A stretch of DNA of 62,611 bases, the filler included, from Sphacelaria rigidula (Eukaryota), in NCBI GenBank assembly GCA_964200075.2. It is 4 parts of 4 records of this genome, joined end to end, with 100 filler letters (N's around TTAATTAATTAA, not from the genome) between each part and the next. Parts side by side here need not be neighbours in the genome. Positions count along the whole stretch, not along the records: positions 1 to 15,582 come from CAXNAA020001690.1; positions 15,683 to 31,262 come from CAXNAA020001691.1; 2 more parts are not named here. One strand, 5' to 3'. Position 1 is the stretch's first letter, and each line of letters begins with the position of its first letter. A model generated the notes under the pieces. That model had not been told where the DNA came from. It searched no databases and saw only the letters and a list, made by a program, of their open reading frames with translations. The position numbers and the translations under genes are program-made. Shown here one piece after another: positions 11,701 to 23,222 of the stretch.

Positions 11701-13892
11701 AGTCGAGTTAGGTGTACGCTTTCATTCTTGACGGTTTTCGTGGGGTACGTGCTCTGCTCGTGGGTACACGATTGCTACAATGGTTGCTGCGACGTACTCA
11801 AACGACGTCCTTAGCCTATGCTTCCGCAGTCTTCGTACTGTCGGGGAAGCTGGTGCTGGCACACCTCGAGCACACTAAATTTTTATCCGGCACGAGGGGA
11901 GGTGGTGCTCTTTCTTGTTGTGTGAGCAGTGTTTGTTCCCTGATTGTCACCCCTTGTGCCGTTGAGATAGCTCAGGCATTCTGTCGTGGAACGCTGAGAG
12001 AGGAGATCAAATCAGCATAGGCTGTGTGTATGCAGCGGAGAGCGATTTCACCCTGATTGTTTCGTGCTGGGGTGACTGGTCGATTATCGCACATAAGCTG
12101 ACCCGTCAGGACTCAGTCTATTGTAGTTGTGATTACAAGATGAACGTATCCAAGATGAACAAATGGAAACAGTCGCCGAGTCAAACCTGAGGTGAAGAGT
12201 GAAACGAAGGATCGAAGGACGAAACGCAAGAGAGCAAACAGGAAAGCGAAAAGAAAGGGAAACGCCGGGCTACAACCTAGCGCTGGTTCCGACAAAAAGA
12301 CTCCTGTCAAGGCTTCAGGTAAAGATGCCATGCAAAAGGCGGTGCCCTCCTACGTTGTATACCCACTGATGGAAAAAGCCACGTTTGTCTATGCCTGCTG
12401 TGCGGTACAGCAGCATCACAGTAGCACCGCAGCAGCAGTACAGTGTCGTACCGGTGTGAGACTATGTGACACGCACTGCGATATATGAAGATCAAATACA
12501 AGCTAACTACGAAATAGTCAATGATCCACCATCTGTACGGTAACATAGAGGGATCATCTAACCAATCAAGACTTTCGAAATGATCACTGCCCTCCTTGGA
12601 CCTGCCGCTCGACCTTGAAATTTCATGGAAATATGGGGTTGATATGGAGACTTTGTGGGTTGATCTGGACCCCCTTCCCCCCTCCCACTCTCTCCTCCAC
12701 ACGCGGGACTGTTGGACTGTGTCTTGTTCCAAGACGAAGCTCGCAGACATGGATTTGAACATCCTTGATTCTACCTCCGTCATCATTGTGTAGTGCAATG
12801 AGATCTCCTCGAAGTACTGCTCATACATCGTACGATTGTAATGGGGTCCGTGCAGCGGTCGTAGTTGAATCTGCGACGACATGGGATGGTGGGGTGTTTA
12901 CTCCCAGTCCGTATCAGCTATCGTGAGCAATTACGGTACAGGTTTCGATCAGACACATGCTGCGTCCTTCGATCGCTTCCCCGTTGTTGTGCCGATCGCC
13001 ATACGAATATGTGGGTGCAGACTTCCGACCGAGGCAGAGTGGGAGTTTGCAGCACGCGGCGGTCACATGCCCGCCGCGAACAGACAAGAGGGCACGGATG
13101 AGCGGCAGCCAGGATTTCGAGTGGGGAACGCATGGCAGGGTTCGTTCCCCAACGAAAACACCAAGGTTGATGGCTATGTGGGTCTTTCTCCTGTTACTGC
13201 CTTTCCACCAAACGCGCTTGGGGTAAGTGCGTCACTGTCTTGTGCGCTGTTCGCCCGCTATGATGTAGCGCCACAGAGCTTTACTTGTCGAGCTTTGATT
13301 ACCACCGTGAAAAAATTGCCTCTGATGAGAGTTTTCGCCCTGTTGTCAGTGGAGTGACTAGTGACAGCAGCATCCAAGATGATTTCCCACCCGTGTGATC
13401 CCCGTGTTGACCTTTTGACTGCAACGCTTTCGGAGATCTTCTACTGCACAAGTATGTCTGCACGATAACTCGAGTTGCAAAAACTTCGCGTTTGCATGGA
13501 TGTACTGCGTATATGACACCCTTTTCAGTCAAGGGGTGACACGTCCGCTAACTTGATCTTGCGTGGTTGTTCTGCGGCAGATTTACGATATGCTCGGAAA
13601 CGCGTGGGAATGGGTGGATGGCGGAGAACCCGCCAAGCGAGTGCTGCGAGGGGGATCCTTCGTCGATTTTGATCCAACCGCCCAATCCACCAAGAAAGCA
13701 AAGAAGTCGAAGAGTGGAGCCGTGGCGCAAGCAAACCATGCCATCACACCGGGAACTCGCATGGAAACAACCCAAGACAGTGGAAGTGCGAACACTTCTT
13801 TCCGATGCGCGGTGACGTTGGATATAGATAGCGGGGCCGGCAGCGGTCGAAGGAAAGAGGAAGGGAGAACGGGAACGCAACATGAATTATGA
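8539..13892 (+). CDS. Spliced FGE-sulfatase domain gene, SUMF2/pFGE-like (predicted catalytically inactive). Exons 8539-8648, 9130-9240, 10978-11181, 13021-13222, 13581-13892; upstream exon(s) not resolved
   Basis: Five exons with CAG/GT boundaries join in frame (110+111+204+202+312 = 939 nt; 312 aa plus stop). The product has FGE motifs [93 protein letters not shown] and FRC, and ends in QHEL*. Confidence 0.93.
8734..8985 (-). mobile_element. 5'-truncated copy of the same SINE, inside the intron between exons A and B of the SUMF2-like gene
   Basis: (TG)n followed by TACACCTTTCGG.ATAT.TGGG.GCATC.GCCGGGGTCACACAGGAGG...TTTTATCGCGAG.GGGGTTCAGC, matching 33823-33967. Confidence 0.85.
9130..9240 (+). 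CDS. SUMF2-like exon B ([18 protein letters not shown]...SFVLE)
   Basis: Pyrimidine tract with ctcag acceptor, gtgagt donor, and the FGE VTN motif. Confidence 0.92.
9812..9942 (+). mobile_element. Isolated right end of the same CACTG element, inside a SUMF2-like intron
   Basis: Closely matches 22455-22586 and ends in the intact TIR TTCCTACCCATAACAGTG. Confidence 0.75.
10978..11181 (+). CDS. SUMF2-like exon C (YLMDE...WRQPEGP...[15 protein letters not shown])
   Basis: aaccag acceptor, gtgggt donor, and the HPV/VSW..A..YC.W-type motif. Confidence 0.92.
13021..13222 (+). CDS. SUMF2-like exon D ([14 protein letters not shown]...PPNALG)
   Basis: gtgcag acceptor, gtaagt donor, and the RLPTEAEWE motif. 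Confidence 0.93.
13581..13892 (+). CDS. SUMF2-like terminal exon E ([11 protein letters not shown]...FRC...QHEL*)
   Basis: ggcag acceptor; GNxWEW, RGGS and FRC motifs; TGA stop at 13890-13892. Confidence 0.93.
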   Translation: [103 protein letters not shown]

Positions 13893-15582
13893 CGAAGTCG
13901 AGCGGGGAATGGCGTGGGTGCAGTAGTGCGGTGTGAGATGGATGAAACGGGTGTGGCTGCGCATGTCGCGATTGTCGAGCTGGTCGTGGTTCTATAATAA
14001 TGCTGCCCGCAATTTTCTGATCGTCGGGCTGGTCGTGGTCTTTTTGGCCTGCCTTTGCCGCCGCGCCCCGATGGTCTAACTGGTAGTGTACATGTTGTTG
14101 AAATCGGGTGGGGTGGAGTTGATGTTTCGAATTCTGGAAGACGTTTTTTTTGTTTTTGTTCCGACGAGTATCTGATTCCCGTGGTCGAAGACGTGGGGAC
14201 TTGAGTAACAAGAAAAAATTCGACGATATTCGACGCGGTGTGGCAGTGCTGGTCCAGTCTGCGACACCAAAATGTCAGGCTATGTATGTAGGGGAGGAAT
14301 CATGGGGTGGCCCGTCGAGACTGCGGACTCGTTCCGAGGAACGGAAAGGGTCAAGCGTGGTGACGAAAATTCAAGGCTGGATCTGTTGGATTAGTGCCCA
14401 CCACATTTTTATTGCGAGCCACGCGAAACCCATCATCATGGCCTTCAGAGTAATGATTTGTTTCGTACAACAAAGCAGGCGCCAACTGTTTCCATAACGA
14501 CACCTGCACCGAAACGAAATCACCTTGTCTACGCACGTCTGAACGCATTCTGTACGGTGACCTATCGGACGAAATTGAGCTCTCAGGGACTGCAATATCC
14601 ACCATACCCTGGACAATGTTTGGTGGATACTTGCAATGGACAAAAAATGTACTGCGTAAAGTATAGGTCTATTGCAACCGTTAAGCATGTATTGTCAAGG
14701 GTGTGGTATCTATATCTCTGTAACTAACCGCAATGACTCACTTCTTCGCTTAGCGGAGTTCCATGTGCAGGGGTAGACAAAATGCCCAACCAAACGGATG
14801 CACTCGAGAATTCCATGGATCTGTCATTATAACACTATGATTCCCCGTCCTCGACGCTGGCATCGTACTGTTTCGACCCAATACCAGTAGTAGATGTGTT
14901 CGCGAAGTAGGCAACAGAGTCCACATACAGCACGCGGCCTCATCTACAGGGCATGCCTGATGGCAGCGGAAATACGGAGGTACCGAATACCTGTGGGGCA
15001 CCGGAAACGCCCCGCAAGCCAGGCTAACAACACTCGGAGCTTTAAAGGTACCTTTATCCGCTTGCGCGGTGGTCAATTACGAAACCGAGAACGCACTCCA
15101 AAGCCTTGGCTGACGGCGCTTGTGAGTGAATTTTCTTGTTGTCGTGGACGCGATACTCGCGGGAAATTTCATATCCATACCGACCTGACATATCATGTTT
15201 TACCGTGTTCATTGCGCCACCAAAGTACTCCCCCCCCCCGATTTGTAGACATTTCGATTACCCTACTCGTGGATGAGATGGAGAGAGAGAGCACCATGGG
15301 TGATCAAGGACCTCCCTACTTAATTCCCTTCGCAAGAGCTTGTCCCGTGACGAAAAAATCCGGGCAAAACCGCTAGAAGACGTCACCGTCTCGATTCAAT
15401 GCGATCTCAATAAAACGAAAGCCCAACAAAAAATATGGTGATCACAGAAAAGCCGCTGCCGCGGCGTTGACTCGAGAAGAGGTGTGCAATCAGCTTCATC
15501 CCCACCCGCCTTCTTCTAACAGTGTTTTCGTGAGATTGAGAGTAGATGATGCGATCGAGAGTGGCTTTGATCATTCCCTTTA

Positions 15583-15682
15583 NNNNNNNNNNNNNNNNNN
15601 NNNNNNNNNNNNNNNNNNNNNNNNNNTTAATTAATTAANNNNNNNNNNNNNNNNNNNNNNNNNNNNNNNNNNNNNNNNNNNN
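15583..15682. other. Artificial contig spacer N44-TTAATTAATTAA-N44
   Basis: 100-nt linker carrying stop codons in all six frames. Confidence 0.98.
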
Positions 15683-16270
15683 GGTCAATGGTCAAACGAC
15701 TAAGGCAAGCAACACATGAGAACGCCCCCTCGTGATGGGGTTGGCGTCGGTTGGCGATGATGCTATCAAAACACACCATCCATTGCGTGAGCTACAGGCA
15801 ACCAAATTACCGTTTTGTTTTGCGCGCTCGCGTTATTTTTTGCGGTAATCATTATGATGGTCGAGCTTGATCATGTTGTGCGGCATGGGAGAACCTCAGC
15901 CCCGCACGATGGGGACGACCGTACTACGTAGTGTTACAATGCTGAGACACCCATGAGGCAGTATATAAGCCGTGACTGTCTCTGGAAGTAGCGATACCTG
16001 AAAATAAAGCAACTCATTGTAGGCTGTCATCCGAACGCCAGATAATCAGTAGACTTCAGGCCGAACAATCCTCGCAGGATGCAGCTCGCCCTTCATGCGA
16101 CTCGTCGAACACACCACGGCGCTTCGCGCGTGGTAATAGAGTGCGAGCCTGGTGCGGCGAAAACCCGGCGTGCTCCGTCCCGGCTTTGTAGGGATGCGAG
16201 GCCAATGGTCCCATGACTATGGCATGCACGGGCATGAGTACACCCCCTCCCCTCCCCTCCCCTCTCCCTC
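15683..16270 (-). mobile_element. Second copy of the putative copia LTR with its purine tract
   Basis: Collinear with 26143-26772 (GGTCAATGGTCAAAC, AAAGCAACTCATTGTAGG, CCCGGCGTGCTCCGTCCCGG, CATGAGTACA followed by a C-rich tract). Confidence 0.65.
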
Positions 16271-16494
16271 TTGTTGCGAGGCACCGACGAGGCAGTGTCA
16301 GTCGTGCCTGTCTGTGGAAGTGCAGGAGCCAGAAAATGAAACTGACTCACTCGAAGCCGCATGGTTCTTGCTTGTAACGGGTGGAACCCGTATTCCGCGA
16401 GGGATGCAAATACGAGTTTTTTGCGAACATAAAACCGACGTTGTATGCTTGAAATAACTGCGGGTGCTGCCCTCCGCTGTACTCGTTCTTCCCC

Positions 16495-16680
16495 TTGGCA
16501 TTGCAGCGATTAAGTACGAACGGTGTGTTCAGTGGGGTTGTCGCTTGTGTGGACGGCCTATCCATCAAGACCACCGCTCCGTGTCCGCCGGAAGTCGAGA
16601 ATGTCCTCTCCTTCTACTCCGACTCGAAGTCGGCGTACGGTGTCAACGTGGAGGCGATGTGCAACGCTGACCACCGCTTA
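16495..16680 (+). pseudogene. PIF/Harbinger (DDE_Tnp_4-type) transposase fragment
   Basis: GVFSGVVACVDGLSIKTTAP...FYSDSKSAYGVNVEAMCNADHR fits the GxIDG...P...Y..K..YsxNxQaxCD..RF pattern. Confidence 0.8.
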
Positions 16681-17340
16681 GGTGTTTAATGTTTAGGGTC
16701 ACGCAAACGGTTCACCAAAGCCTTCCTGTGAATTATCAGCGGAAACGTGTTTGCAGTTTTAGAGCGAAATGCCATTTCATTATTACGTGGAATTTCCGTC
16801 GCGGACTGCGAGCGTGCACGTTAAGAGGGATGACCAATTGGTATCCTTTATTCCGACGGCGAGCTTGGGAGAGCATGTACACGCTTGTGGCGTACGAGAC
16901 AGCGTCTGAGTGTTCCAACCTTGAGGAAAACAGGAGGGCACTTCCGCAGTCTTCGTGTTTGCCCTTGAACTGCGTCCTTGGGAAAACACGCTGCAAGCAC
17001 TGCAAAATAGGATTCGCGTTTGAATTCAGTGTTGAGGCATCGTTGAATAAATGTCACGGCAGTGGAAAATATACAAACCGCCGGAGATGGGCTGGAAGAT
17101 GTGGACGGTAGCGCGCGGAGAGTACCAGCACACGTACAACCATGCCGTGGGCCTAAAATGTGATATGGAGCTTCATGGGCGACCTCTTCTCCCGTGCCGT
17201 CACAGACACTCCCGCGCGATTTTGGCTACCCTGCGTTGCGGGTGCGAGTGAGTGCGCGGCGTGTGGTTCGATCGGCATTCGCGTACGTGGTCACCCGGGA
17301 AGAAAACCGGAAGTTTTTAGTGCTAAATGAATGAGTCTTT

Positions 17341-18318
17341 CAAGGGCAGGTCGAGTAGAGCATACTCGATGCTCGTTATTTGTTTCGAGTCATATATTTA
17401 GTACCCAAAAGTTGAGCACAGTCGGGGCTCCGATTTAAGAGCGCTCGGAAAAAGAGAATAACCGAGTTAAGAGCGGTCGAAATGGCTTGGCACACCCCGC
17501 TCTTAAATCGAACCCACTTTTCTTCAATTGCTCTTGAATCGGACCCCCTTACACACCCGCCTGTAGAACTAGTTGCAAAACTCGTCCTCCCTGCCTCGTC
17601 CGGCTCCACTCAGCGACGTAGCGGCAGACTTCGGTGGAATCGAGGAAGCAGCCCAGGGGGGTTAGATGACCGAGGTGTTGCACCATCTTCGCAAGGCGAG
17701 ACTGGCCTGGCTGCGTGGGTCTGGATCGAGGAAAGCAACACAAAGCTGCATAGTAGAATTCCTGTAATTTGCTGAAACTACCAGAAATAATAATAATAAT
17801 AAACCGGCAATCATGCGCATCAGAAGTATTTTCTTTTGTGTTGGTGTGTGTGTGATGTTCAGAAAACGTTTTGTACTTGACTGCTGTGCAGCACAGCAGC
17901 AGTCCACATGAATTTAAAATGAGGGAATCGTGTCATCCTCTCTTTGTTTGACTTCACTGCTGTTGTGAGAATTCATTTCCAGGTCGGCTTCTATTGCTGG
18001 AAAGTCTTTCGAGCAAAAGGAAATGGTTTCTCTGAAACAAGGACCCCGTCAGGGTTGCCCGTGCTGCTGTCTGCAGATTGGTGTCTTCACCTGACGAAAC
18101 AGTGAGACGCAACGACGAGTTGCAGTCATTCCCGCAGATGTATTGTATTCAATCTACTCCAAATGAGAGGAAGTATATGACGCCGTATTCAATCTACTCA
18201 AAAATTGAATAGAGTATTGTAGGTCGTACCACATCAACTCAAAAGCTGAGTAGAGTAAATAGTCGGGTATTTTACCCGAGTATTCAGAACATACTGTACT
18301 CTACTCGACCTGCTCTCG
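17341..18318. mobile_element. Non-autonomous hAT-type element with a remnant of the C-terminal dimerisation domain
   Basis: TIR GCAGGTCGAGTAGAG / CTCTACTCGACCTGC. Flanks GAGTCTTT and GAATCGTT match at 6 of 8 positions (degenerate TSD). Internal LVAKLVLPASSGSTQR at about 17570-17620 resembles hAT LA..xL.xPASSa.sER. TACTC subterminal repeats. Confidence 0.72.
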
Positions 18319-19339
18319 GAATCGTTCGCGTCGGCAATGACATCACCGTAACAAAAGATAAGAAAAACTTGAGGGGGAAAAAGAGGAAGACAGAGGGAGT
18401 CCGACCACCTCTTGCACGACTCGGGATCGAACCTTTGTGTTTAGGTTTGATGGCTAATATCCCGCCTACTGCGATGAAAATTAGTTAATGTGGTAGCTCT
18501 TCTGCCGTACGAACATCAGGTTCGTACCCAAAGCTATAGAATACCTGGAGCGATATGTATACAGCAGGTGATGATTTTGTTTGGTGTGGGCATTTCATGG
18601 AGCGCGGCGAAGCCAACGATACCGTCACGTTCGCCTACATCCTTTTCTACCTACAGTTATGGTGCAAGTACGAACCGTGCTACACTCAATAACCCCGGAG
18701 CAGACACTGTAAATACGCTAAATCTGGATACCCTGTCTCAGTTTGTGAGAGTTGTGCTTTGAAATTCAATATGGAGATCCGGTAGGCATGAGAAACATGT
18801 ATTCGGAACAGTATTTGGCAGCCCATGTACCGGCCCAGGTTCTGTCCTCGTGCTGCGACCGAACACTGGAAGGCCAGTAATGTGATCCGCGACCGCACGG
18901 TCGAACCCCGGAAGGCCATGCGCTGCATGGTTTCTTCCTCCCCCGGGTTGGCCAACATCAACAGAGCGGCCGGCACGGCTTGTTTCCTGCCGGTGTTTGC
19001 TGCACGGATCGGGGCGTACCCCGCAGCGACGCTACTCTCACCAGGTTGCGAAAACCGGGCTGGCACACTTCGGCGTCTCGCTGGTCTCTCTGTTGTCGAT
19101 CTGTGGGTTCTGTCTGCCATGCTTCTTGCGGTTGTGCTGGAGAAATATGTGTGGAGAGGTGTGGTGAGGAGTGGGTTGTGTCTGTGAGGGGTGGGCATTG
19201 CACCGCACCGCGCTGAAAAACTCGACATTTCCGATAAGAACGGACCCTGCGGGTCGTTTGGCGATTGCCGAAATTTCGCACTTACTCCTATTTTTGTTTT
19301 TGGTCGATAATAATGGCCCCAAGCCCCGAAGTCGGTATG

Positions 19340-19406
19340 TTTGTGTCTGTTCGTAATTGTGGTCCGTGACACTTTTTTTCCCCATTTTGGGGGGTCAGGC
19401 GCGCCC
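19340..19406 (-). mobile_element. TIR-like transposon end; a second copy lies at 25169-25230 on the + strand
   Basis: GGG(C/T)GCGCCTGAC.CCCCAAAATGGG.AAAAAAGTGTCA..GACCA is shared. The two copies point away from each other, so they belong to different elements. Confidence 0.6.
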
Positions 19407-20601
19407 ATAACTATTGCGAAGCACCCAGTAACTGCGCGTATGATGGAAAGCCATGCAGTGAAGGATGGGAACAGACGAATCAATCCCCGTCTTTATCAGC
19501 TCGTATTACCATGTATGCTGCTCTGATCAACCTGTTATCTACCACGCGTGTTGAGTGAAACACACAGAAACGACTGTTTATGCTCGTGGCCAAAGCGCAG
19601 TCTTGTGGTGTATGTCAACTGCACACTGGAACCTGCACTAGTCCCCCCACGACCTTCTCTGTACTGTTCCTTGTATCTATCACTTGATTGCATAGGTTAC
19701 TTTACAAATCGGCGGAACATCGAATCGAGATCGGGTGTCGTGCGTATCGTCTCACCTTTGGAATATCGACAAACATATCGGTAGCATTTTTTTATGTCGA
19801 TTTTGCAAAATATCAGCGGACCTCCGTTCTCGTTTGCATCTTGCGCACGGATGAACTTCGTGTTCATGTATTTTTTCCGGTGCTGCTAAGCCAATAACGT
19901 CAACGGGGGGTGGAGCAACCAAGCGGCCAGGGGAGACAAACGAGAAAACCATTTCACGTGAAGAGCATACTGTGGTGACGGTGACATATACCCATATGTA
20001 ATGACCAATACTGTAGTTCCATTATGAGGAGCAAACAGGGCATGTACGAAAACGTGTGGACGACCTAGGACGTTTTCTGGGGTATGTCACGTGATATACA
20101 CTCATAAAAAACTCTCATACTTGCTGGAGCACGAAACCACCGTGCAGCTACTGCACACAAACTTACACACACTTGGTTTCGGACGGCACATATCTCTCAC
20201 TCGAACTCGTACACTGTGCACTGCAGGCTAGTGTATGGTGCTAAGACAGACCCTTAGCACGTTTCTCTTCTATCGAAAAAATGAGGCGGTGGGATTGATT
20301 TGAGCGAATTTTCTTCGTTTTGATGCAGTTGGGTCCAGACGGATTTTCAAGTGTTCGATCGAAAAAAAGCAGTGAAAGTCGTGAAACGGTACGAGGTCAC
20401 TCGTGTACAATACAACCAGTCTGTGCTGTCTGCACTGCTTGCAAGCAGGGTGTCTCGAATGCGTTTGTGCGTGTTCCGTGCAGGAGGATAAATAAGGAGA
20501 AGCGGGCAACGTGCGGTGCAGGCAGCTCAGGACCATCAGTTCTCTCTGCTTACAATGCGACGTGAAAAGGACTTCAGCAGCGTGCAGCTTTGTACTACCT
20601 G

Positions 20602-22586
20602 CACTGTTATGGGTAGGAATGGGGGCCCTAACGACCAAAACTCGGCACAAGATTTAAAATATGAAATAACGCGGAGGAATAATGAACACGTCAGTAGGTG
20701 GTCGGACCTGTGCCGAGGCCCTCACAGACAGAACACACACTTCATCACTTATCCAGTTGGTGTAGTATAGGAAAGCTGCAGCATTGGAGATCGCGCGGTT
20801 CTCGACACGGGAAGCAAGCCGGTCCACGGCACGTGACAGCTCCCCGCGTACACACAAGATCTAGGGGCCCACAATTGGTATTTTGCTGGCGTCGCGTCAG
20901 CGGCACGAAAATTCCCTCCCAGAGCAGAAAACACCATATTTTAGTATATTTTTGTCATTTGCGAGTCAGCATCACGCGCAAACGCAACAACTAAACGTTG
21001 CGACATAGCTTGGATGTGTTGGAAGCGCACACAAGAAACCGCAGTCGAATCCCTCGCTTCGTTGCCGAGTTGCAAGCGGCGCGCGATCGGCACTTTCGGG
21101 TTGAGGATCAGTAGCGTCTTTCGAGGTCGAAGATGGGAAATTCGAAAAAATCGGTGCGCATACTACTCTTCCTCCTGCAATCAGGTTGTGACAACATGCA
21201 CTTGGGTTGCGTGCTCCCAGGCGCTGCTTTGTTCTGAGCGGCTTTGCGTGCACAAAGGGCAAATTCGGCTTTCAATGGCGAGTATCCTTTGAAGTCTCGA
21301 ATTACAGAGGGAGAGTTGACAGAAGAAGGACAGAGCTGGCGGCTGCTTCATGTCAGGGCTGCAGTGCAGAAGCGAAGGCGTCGAGAGTGATTGTAGTACG
21401 AGTATGCGCGTTACATCTGCTGGTGACCGCGGTCATGTATTTGGTAACTGTCTCTATATATTACGAGTATTATATTAATAGTATCAGAATGAGATGCAAA
21501 CTATGCAATGTTTGACAAGCTTCGTTTTGGGCTGCGTGTTTTTTTTGTTGCGGTGAGCAGTGTGTCATGGATGGCATTTCACTTTGTGACATGCCACCAG
21601 GTGCTGCTGCTTTGTTCTGTACGGCTGTGCACGAAGGGCAACTTCGCCTTCCAACAGCGAGAACCCTCCATGTATTGAGTTGCAGAGAGCAAGGCCACAC
21701 ATGAACTTCGGCTGTTGTGTCTGAGGGTTTCAGCGGAGAAGCCAAGGCGCGAAGAGTGATTTTGATTTCAGACTGCGCACCATGTATGACTAGGTCGGCA
21801 CAGCCACGATGTTTCAAGTGACTGCCTGTACACATATTCGTACGTACTGAAAATGGCGAAAAAATGACGTTGAAGATGTTGATCTGGGCAGAGAGAACCA
21901 GACCGTGCCCAAGCGACTGACAAAATGGGATTCCTTCCACTCATGCCATGACCCTGACCCCATGGGGCCCATGAGAAATCCACTCTCCAATTCCGCTGTC
22001 GTAGCTGTGTGTAGGACGTGCAGCGCGTAGCCAATCCGCACAGCATGAACCTCTTGATCGTCAACATCATCAGCATCGTTCTCAGTAGTTTTCGGATGCG
22101 CGACGCTGCTGCTCATGGTCTCCAAATTTCCGTACTTTCTCGTTTTAGCACCATGCAGGCACGCCTTTCACTGAAGTTACGTTGGTGTGTAGCGGCCACA
22201 ACAGCTGCTGTTCGTGCTCTTGTTCTGTCATCTTCGCAATGACGGTAAACGTGGGGTGGCAGCCCGCGGGCGTGTGCTTCCCGACTGGTAAAGACAGAAG
22301 AAGGACACTATTAGCTAGCTCAACAAGATTGTCCATCTACTGATGTGGAGCGAGCTTTCCGGAGAAACAAAATCACCTCAACACCGACCACTCCCAGGCT
22401 TGAATGAATGTACTAGAAATATAGTTCATTTTCTTTGAGCCGAATCGTCACCTGTAGGTGACGCGTGTATTTTCCATCAATATGATTCGTTGGATCACGG
22501 ACCACTTCTGACGCGTGTAGCGTTCAGCTTGCAGTTTCCATGAATATAGTACCCCAAATCGGTCTTTATTCCTACCCATAACTGTC
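20602..22586. mobile_element. CACTG-ended TIR element, ~2 kb, superfamily uncertain
   Basis: CACTGTTATGGGTAGGAA ... TTCCTACCCATAACTGTC (16 of 18 inverted match). The right end recurs at 9812-9942. No TSD is evident. Confidence 0.65.
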
Positions 22587-23033
22587 CATGAGCGTGCACG
22601 CAACTTGGTTGCCCACCGTACCACGCAGTTCCGTCGCTGATACCCACTATGAGAGAGGATGTGCAAGTTTTCGCTAACAAGGAAAAACGAAGCACACCCG
22701 ACTACTACAGTGCACATGTGCTAAACTCGTGCTCTATGCTGCAGGGTTGTGGTTGTAGCTGATAGTGAGCTCGACGGCGTTTGCATGGTCCTGTGAACAT
22801 GTGTTATTTGGCATGGTGGTCTGTCAAGTGCCGCTTCGTGCCTTTCGACCGCGTGTTTTCGATCAAAAACGATTGTTTTCTACCTCGTTGCATTCTCCTC
22901 TGCGTGCCGCTAATTATATCTGAGTTGAAGCCTCCGAGGAACATAAATGCGGTGGACCTATCAGATCGGCAGAAACAACTCGACCGCACTTTTTCGATCG
23001 AAAGAAATAGTGCCAAGACTCGCTCTAAAATAA

Positions 23034-23222
23034 GGCCGTGTCGTGTCAAATTGTTTTCGACTCGAAAACGTACGGTGGAATTGAATTTGCTTTACCTCAT
23101 ATGTCCACAGTATTCCTGTTCTCGACCATCTGAGAAAATATAAAGCGCGGTCGAATCAGAAGCGAGGGAATTCGATTCGACCGCAAGTTTTCGGCACAAA
23201 AACAGTTTGATAAGACACGGCC
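23034..23222. mobile_element. PIF/Harbinger (Tourist-like) MITE, 189 bp
   Basis: TAA|GGCCGTGTC ... GACACGGCC|TAA, giving a 3-bp TAA TSD. Confidence 0.85.

Noticed and set aside
12307-12882. 191-aa antisense ORF nested in a SUMF2-like intron
   Set aside because: No recognisable domain or splice structure. It is probably decayed repeat sequence.
15627-15638. TTAATTAATTAA as a biological motif
   Set aside because: It is an assembly linker embedded in Ns and repeated identically three times.
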